Shown: positions 34,967 through 38,893 of the stretch, piece by piece
How the letters are laid out: every line of letters starts with the position of its first letter
Position numbering within the stretch: the first letter of the stretch is position 1
NCBI RefSeq assembly: GCF_001194135.2
Contig: NC_068982.1
Coordinates: 64,469,547-64,508,439 of the forward strand
DNA: 38,893 nt
Origin: Octopus bimaculoides
Taxonomy: Eukaryota
Direction of reading: 5' to 3'
Notes under the pieces: generated by a model
Databases searched by the model: none
What the model was told of the DNA's origin: nothing
What the model saw: only the letters and a program-made list of their open reading frames with translations
Position numbers and translations under genes: made by a program

Positions 34967-36236
34967 ATATATAACACACTACACCTCCGAAGCTAAACTA
35001 AATATGCATAAAAGAACTTTCCCTCTAAGTATTATTAATTATAAGTAGATACGAATAAGACCAGAGTTAGCCCCCTTTTCACCTAAATTTAAGGTTGCTT
35101 CCCTGTACTAACACCGCCGGTGCTATAAATATACGACGGATCCCTCAATCATAAAATCACGTGGAGATGCATTTGATTAAAACCGGAATAATGAACTTAA
35201 ATAGCACCCATCCTACATCCCCTTACAGGAAGTCCAACACAACTTCAACTAAAACGTAAGGCTTTCTTTACCTATCGCTATTATTACACCACCATATACA
35301 TTNNNNNNNNNNNNNNNNNNNNNNNNNNNNNNNNNNNNNNNNNNNNNNNNNNNNNNNNNNNNNNNNNNNNNNNNNNNNNNNNNNNNNNNNNNNNNNNNNN
35401 NNNNNNNNNNNNNNNNNNNNNNNNNNNNNNNNNNNNNNNNNNNNNNNNNNNNNNNNNNNNNNNNNNNNNNNNNNNNNNNNNNNNNNNNNNNNNNNNNNNN
35501 NNNNNNNNNNNNNNNNNNNNNNNNNNNNNNNNNNNNNNNNNNNNNNNNNNNNNNNNNNNNNNNNNNNNNNNNNNNNNNNNNNNNNNNNNNNNNNNNNNNN
35601 NNNNNNNNNNNNNNNNNNNNNNNNNNNNNNNNNNNNNNNNNNNNNNNNNNNNNNNNNNNNNNNNNNNNNNNNNNNNNNNNNNNNNNNNNNNNNNNNNNNN
35701 NNNNNNNNNNNNNNNNNNNNNNNNNNNNNNNNNNNNNNNNNNNNNNNNNNNNNNNNNNNNNNNNNNNNNNNNNNNNNNNNNNNNNNNNNNNNNNNNNNNN
35801 NNNNNNNNNNNNNNNNNNNNNNNNNNNNNNNNNNNNNNNNNNNNNNNNNNNNNNNNNNNNNNNNNNNNNNNNNNNNNNNNNNNNNNNNNNNNNNNNNNNN
35901 NNNNNNNNNNNNNNNNNNNNNNNNNNNNNNNNNNNNNNNNNNNNNNNNNNNNNNNNNNNNNNNNNNNNNNNNNNNNNNNNNNNNNNNNNNNNNNNNNNNN
36001 NNNNNNNNNNNNNNNNNNNNNNNNNNNNNNNNNNNNNNNNNNNNNNNNNNNNNNNNNNNNNNNNNNNNNNNNNNNNNNNNNNNNNNNNNNNNNNNNNNNN
36101 NNNNNNNNNNNNNNNNNNTATATATATATATAGTTGAAATTTACAAACAAAAGATGAAGACAGGTGTATGAACAACAAGCAGGTGTATGAACAACAAGCA
36201 GGTGTATTACTCTGACGCTCGGGAAAGTGAAGAAGT

Positions 36237-36272
36237 CTTCTAGGTTTCGAGCCTACGCTCTTCAACAGAAAG
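36237..36272 (-). ncRNA. second copy of the CUGUUGA hammerhead-like motif, triplet degenerate
   Basis: CTTT-CTGTTGA-A-GAGC(GTAG)GCTC-GAAAC-CTA-GAAG; flanks homologous to 12412-12510. Confidence 0.45.
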
Positions 36273-36453
36273 GAATTACAGAAAATATACAGAGAGAGAA
36301 TTAAAAAAAAAACCTGTCCATTTAGCAGTCAAACATGGCGACTGGTTTGACAAGAGAGGTTGAAAGAAGGGGAGATAATATATATATATATATATATATA
36401 TATACTTATACCTACACACACGCACACACATGCGTGTGTGTGCATATATATAT

Positions 36454-36455
<2 letters not shown>

Positions 36456-36485
<30 letters not shown>

Positions 36486-36486
36486 G

Positions 36487-36546
<60 letters not shown>
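36456..36546. repeat. (GATA)n microsatellite
   Basis: Visible directly. Confidence 0.95.
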
Positions 36547-36547
<1 letters not shown>

Positions 36548-37574
36548 GACATAGTTGGGTAGTATATCGTTGGTTACGGCCGGCTAGAAAATTGCCATTG
36601 GTTTCACGTCTACTATTGCACTTGGCAATATAGGCGACTCATCGGACCTGCTGACTGAAGAAACATAATCTCTTTAGTAATGGAGGTAAAAATGCAGTAC
36701 TGGTCAGCAGTGGTGCATGTCTGATAAGTCACCAATATAGCTAAGTGCAGGTAACTTCCTGATCGGCTATAACTAAGGATATACCACTCAACTACCTAAA
36801 ATACAACTGGTCAGAAAATTTTTAGACCGTGCTTTTTATCGGTTAAATGATCGATGTATGTCTGTATGTATATATATATATATATNNNNNNNNNNNNNNN
36901 NNNNNNNNNNNNNNNNNNNNNNNNNNNNNNNNNNNNNNNNNNNNNNNNNNNNNNNNNNNNNNNNNNNNNNNNNNNNNNNNNNNNNNNNNNNNNNNNNNNN
37001 NNNNNNNNNNNNNNNNNNNNNNNNNNNNNNNNNNNNNNNNNNNNNNNNNNNNNNNNNNNNNNNNNNNNNNNNNNNNNNNNNNNNNNNNNNNNNNNNNNNN
37101 NNNNNNNNNNNNNNNNNNNNNNNNNNNNNNNNNNNNNNNNNNNNNNNNNNNNNNNNNNNNNNNNNNNNNNNNNNNNNNNNNNNNNNNNNNNNNNNNNNNN
37201 NNNNNNNNNNNNNNNNNNNNNNNNNNNNNNNNNNNNNNNNNNNNNNNNNNNNNNNNNNNNNNNNNNNNNNNNNNNNNNNNNNNNNNNNNNNNNNNNNNNN
37301 NNNNNNNNNNNNNNNNNNNNNNNNNACTTTTTACTTAGCTTGATATTTATACACATATGAAAGCATTTGGGGTACGTACAGAGTAATAATGATGGACAAG
37401 ATTAACTCTCAAGTAATGGACCTTCGGTTCTTTATTTATTTACGTACAGGTATAAAATGTCTAACGAATGCAATTCATCTTGCTGTTATGCTGCCTAGCA
37501 CTGACGTCATAAATAATTACAGAAAAGAACCCACGCCACATTACTTCAAATTAATTTTTCTTTTAATATATATA

Positions 37575-38472
37575 CTAGCAGAAAACCGCCCGGTGGACGG
37601 TTTTCTGCTAGCATATGTATTGCGTATATTGATATTATATATACATATAGATATGATACATAAATTATAAAGTAAATTAACAATTTTCACATGGATTGAA
37701 CAAAGACTCTGTTATAGTTTATTCTGTAATCAGTAGACTAATCCATGATACATTTAAAAAAAAACGATAATGGAAATTGGAAAAGTGTTGAGACTGTCAA
37801 GGGAAAATGTTCATGAATCTTCACTTGAGTGAATTTGAAAATAGATGCTCTGGTGGGAATTAATGAATTACATTTACCAGTAGGAAGAGTTGAGTTTTGC
37901 TATATTGTTGTTTTACTATATTCACTTATGGACTTCTTAAGTGTTTCTAGTGTCCCTTTCCAAGCAATTAAAAAGAAATTTAAATACATTTCAATTAAAA
38001 GAGAGTAATGAATGTTTCACATCACTGTAGAATTTCTCTGTAGACACAATTGTCAGCAAATATATTTCAGTATATTTGGTGGAGGAGGAGGTAACTGAGC
38101 GAGTTTCACATTTCTCTAGCAGCAGCAGAGTTTTGGATTCATGACAACAATAAGCTTTACAGTACGAACAAACAGATGAAAAGAGACTTCCTGCGTTATG
38201 TTGTGGCATTGTATGAAGAACATTTTGTTCTTGGAAAGGTTCATCAGTAAATTCTTTGCCAGACCTTCAATAAACCTGTTCATTTTTCTCTGAACGTGTG
38301 TTATATTTGTTGCAAGTTGTTGTTGATGTAGTAAGTAAATTACATTTGCAGGCATTTGTTGAGATGTTTTAGAGCGATTATTCTTGGACTGAATTATCCT
38401 CCTCTCTCTTCGCCGTGGTGCATCTGCCGCCAAACGTTGAGATTTAGAAGAGAAATGTTTTCGGCGTGCCAT
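37575..38472 (-). mobile_element. non-autonomous Helitron relic: Rep N-terminal fragment plus 3' hairpin-CTAG end
   Basis: 38472-~38040 gives MARRKH...VCSYCKAY..E..LCCC*RNVKLAQLPPPPPNIL, like the Helitron C..C..CC..GKV.LP.L..PP pattern. Minus strand ends CCGTCC-ACC-GGGCGG, TTTTCTG, CTAG, followed by T. 5' terminus not fixed. Confidence 0.65.
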
Positions 38473-38893
38473 GTTGACTTTGCCATAGTGTCTCTATCTC
38501 TTTCTTTCTCTATATATATGTATAGAAAGTCATAATAACGGAAATTGGCATTTAAAAATTTTAAACAGAAGCGAATCTTATATTAAGTAATATTATTTAT
38601 GCCTAATATACAAATAAACTTTATAGTTTATAGTTTATAATTTTCATGGGAGTTATGGCCGTTATACATAGAATATAATTTCCAAATTTCATAAAGATCC
38701 GTTCAGTACTTTTGACGTAGTTTTGGATAAGAAAACAAATGACTAATGTGTGTGTTTGTGTGCATGTGTTTGTGTGTGATGGGTGTATATATGTATAGAT
38801 ATCTGTATGCATGTATATATATGTATATATGTGTACATATTACATGTACATCTACACATGTGTATACATATACATGTATGCATATAGATCTAT

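Noticed and set aside
38530-38893. Helitron 5' terminus or a second Helitron-like repeat (CCAAATTTCATAAAGATCCG)
   Set aside because: Several A|TC candidates inside AT repeats; cannot choose between them, and the window ends here.

Overview
Eukaryotic, AT-rich, gap-riddled genomic window made almost entirely of transposon relics and microsatellites. The SINE families and the (AT)n/(GT)n/(GATA)n load look like an octopus or other cephalopod scaffold; this is inferred from recalled repeat families, not from a search. No host gene is firmly recognisable; three weak candidate exons lie at 25-28 kb. Two systems stand out. (1) Related L1/Tx1-like LINEs appear to insert sequence-specifically: a head-to-tail array of three elements (4193-~9860, minus) shares one duplicated site in the tRNA-derived head of a SINE. 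A second pair (1-2114, plus) is joined by an 11-bp piece of a different SINE head, and other copies end in (ATCT)n or (ATT)n. One array member encodes ORF1 only, and all six visible 3' ends share a covarying stem-loop. (2) Minimal type I hammerhead ribozyme motifs of the Penelope/retrozyme kind occur at about six loci. They include one canonical motif capping a ~127-nt rod (19622-19748) and two head-to-head foldbacks, one of them with a tRNA-derived head. Also present: a Tc1 (DD34E) relic, two mariner relics, a Penelope GIY-YIG domain, a Helitron relic, a MITE, CR1/L2-like LINE tails and several SINEs. All alignments were made by eye; family names are provisional.
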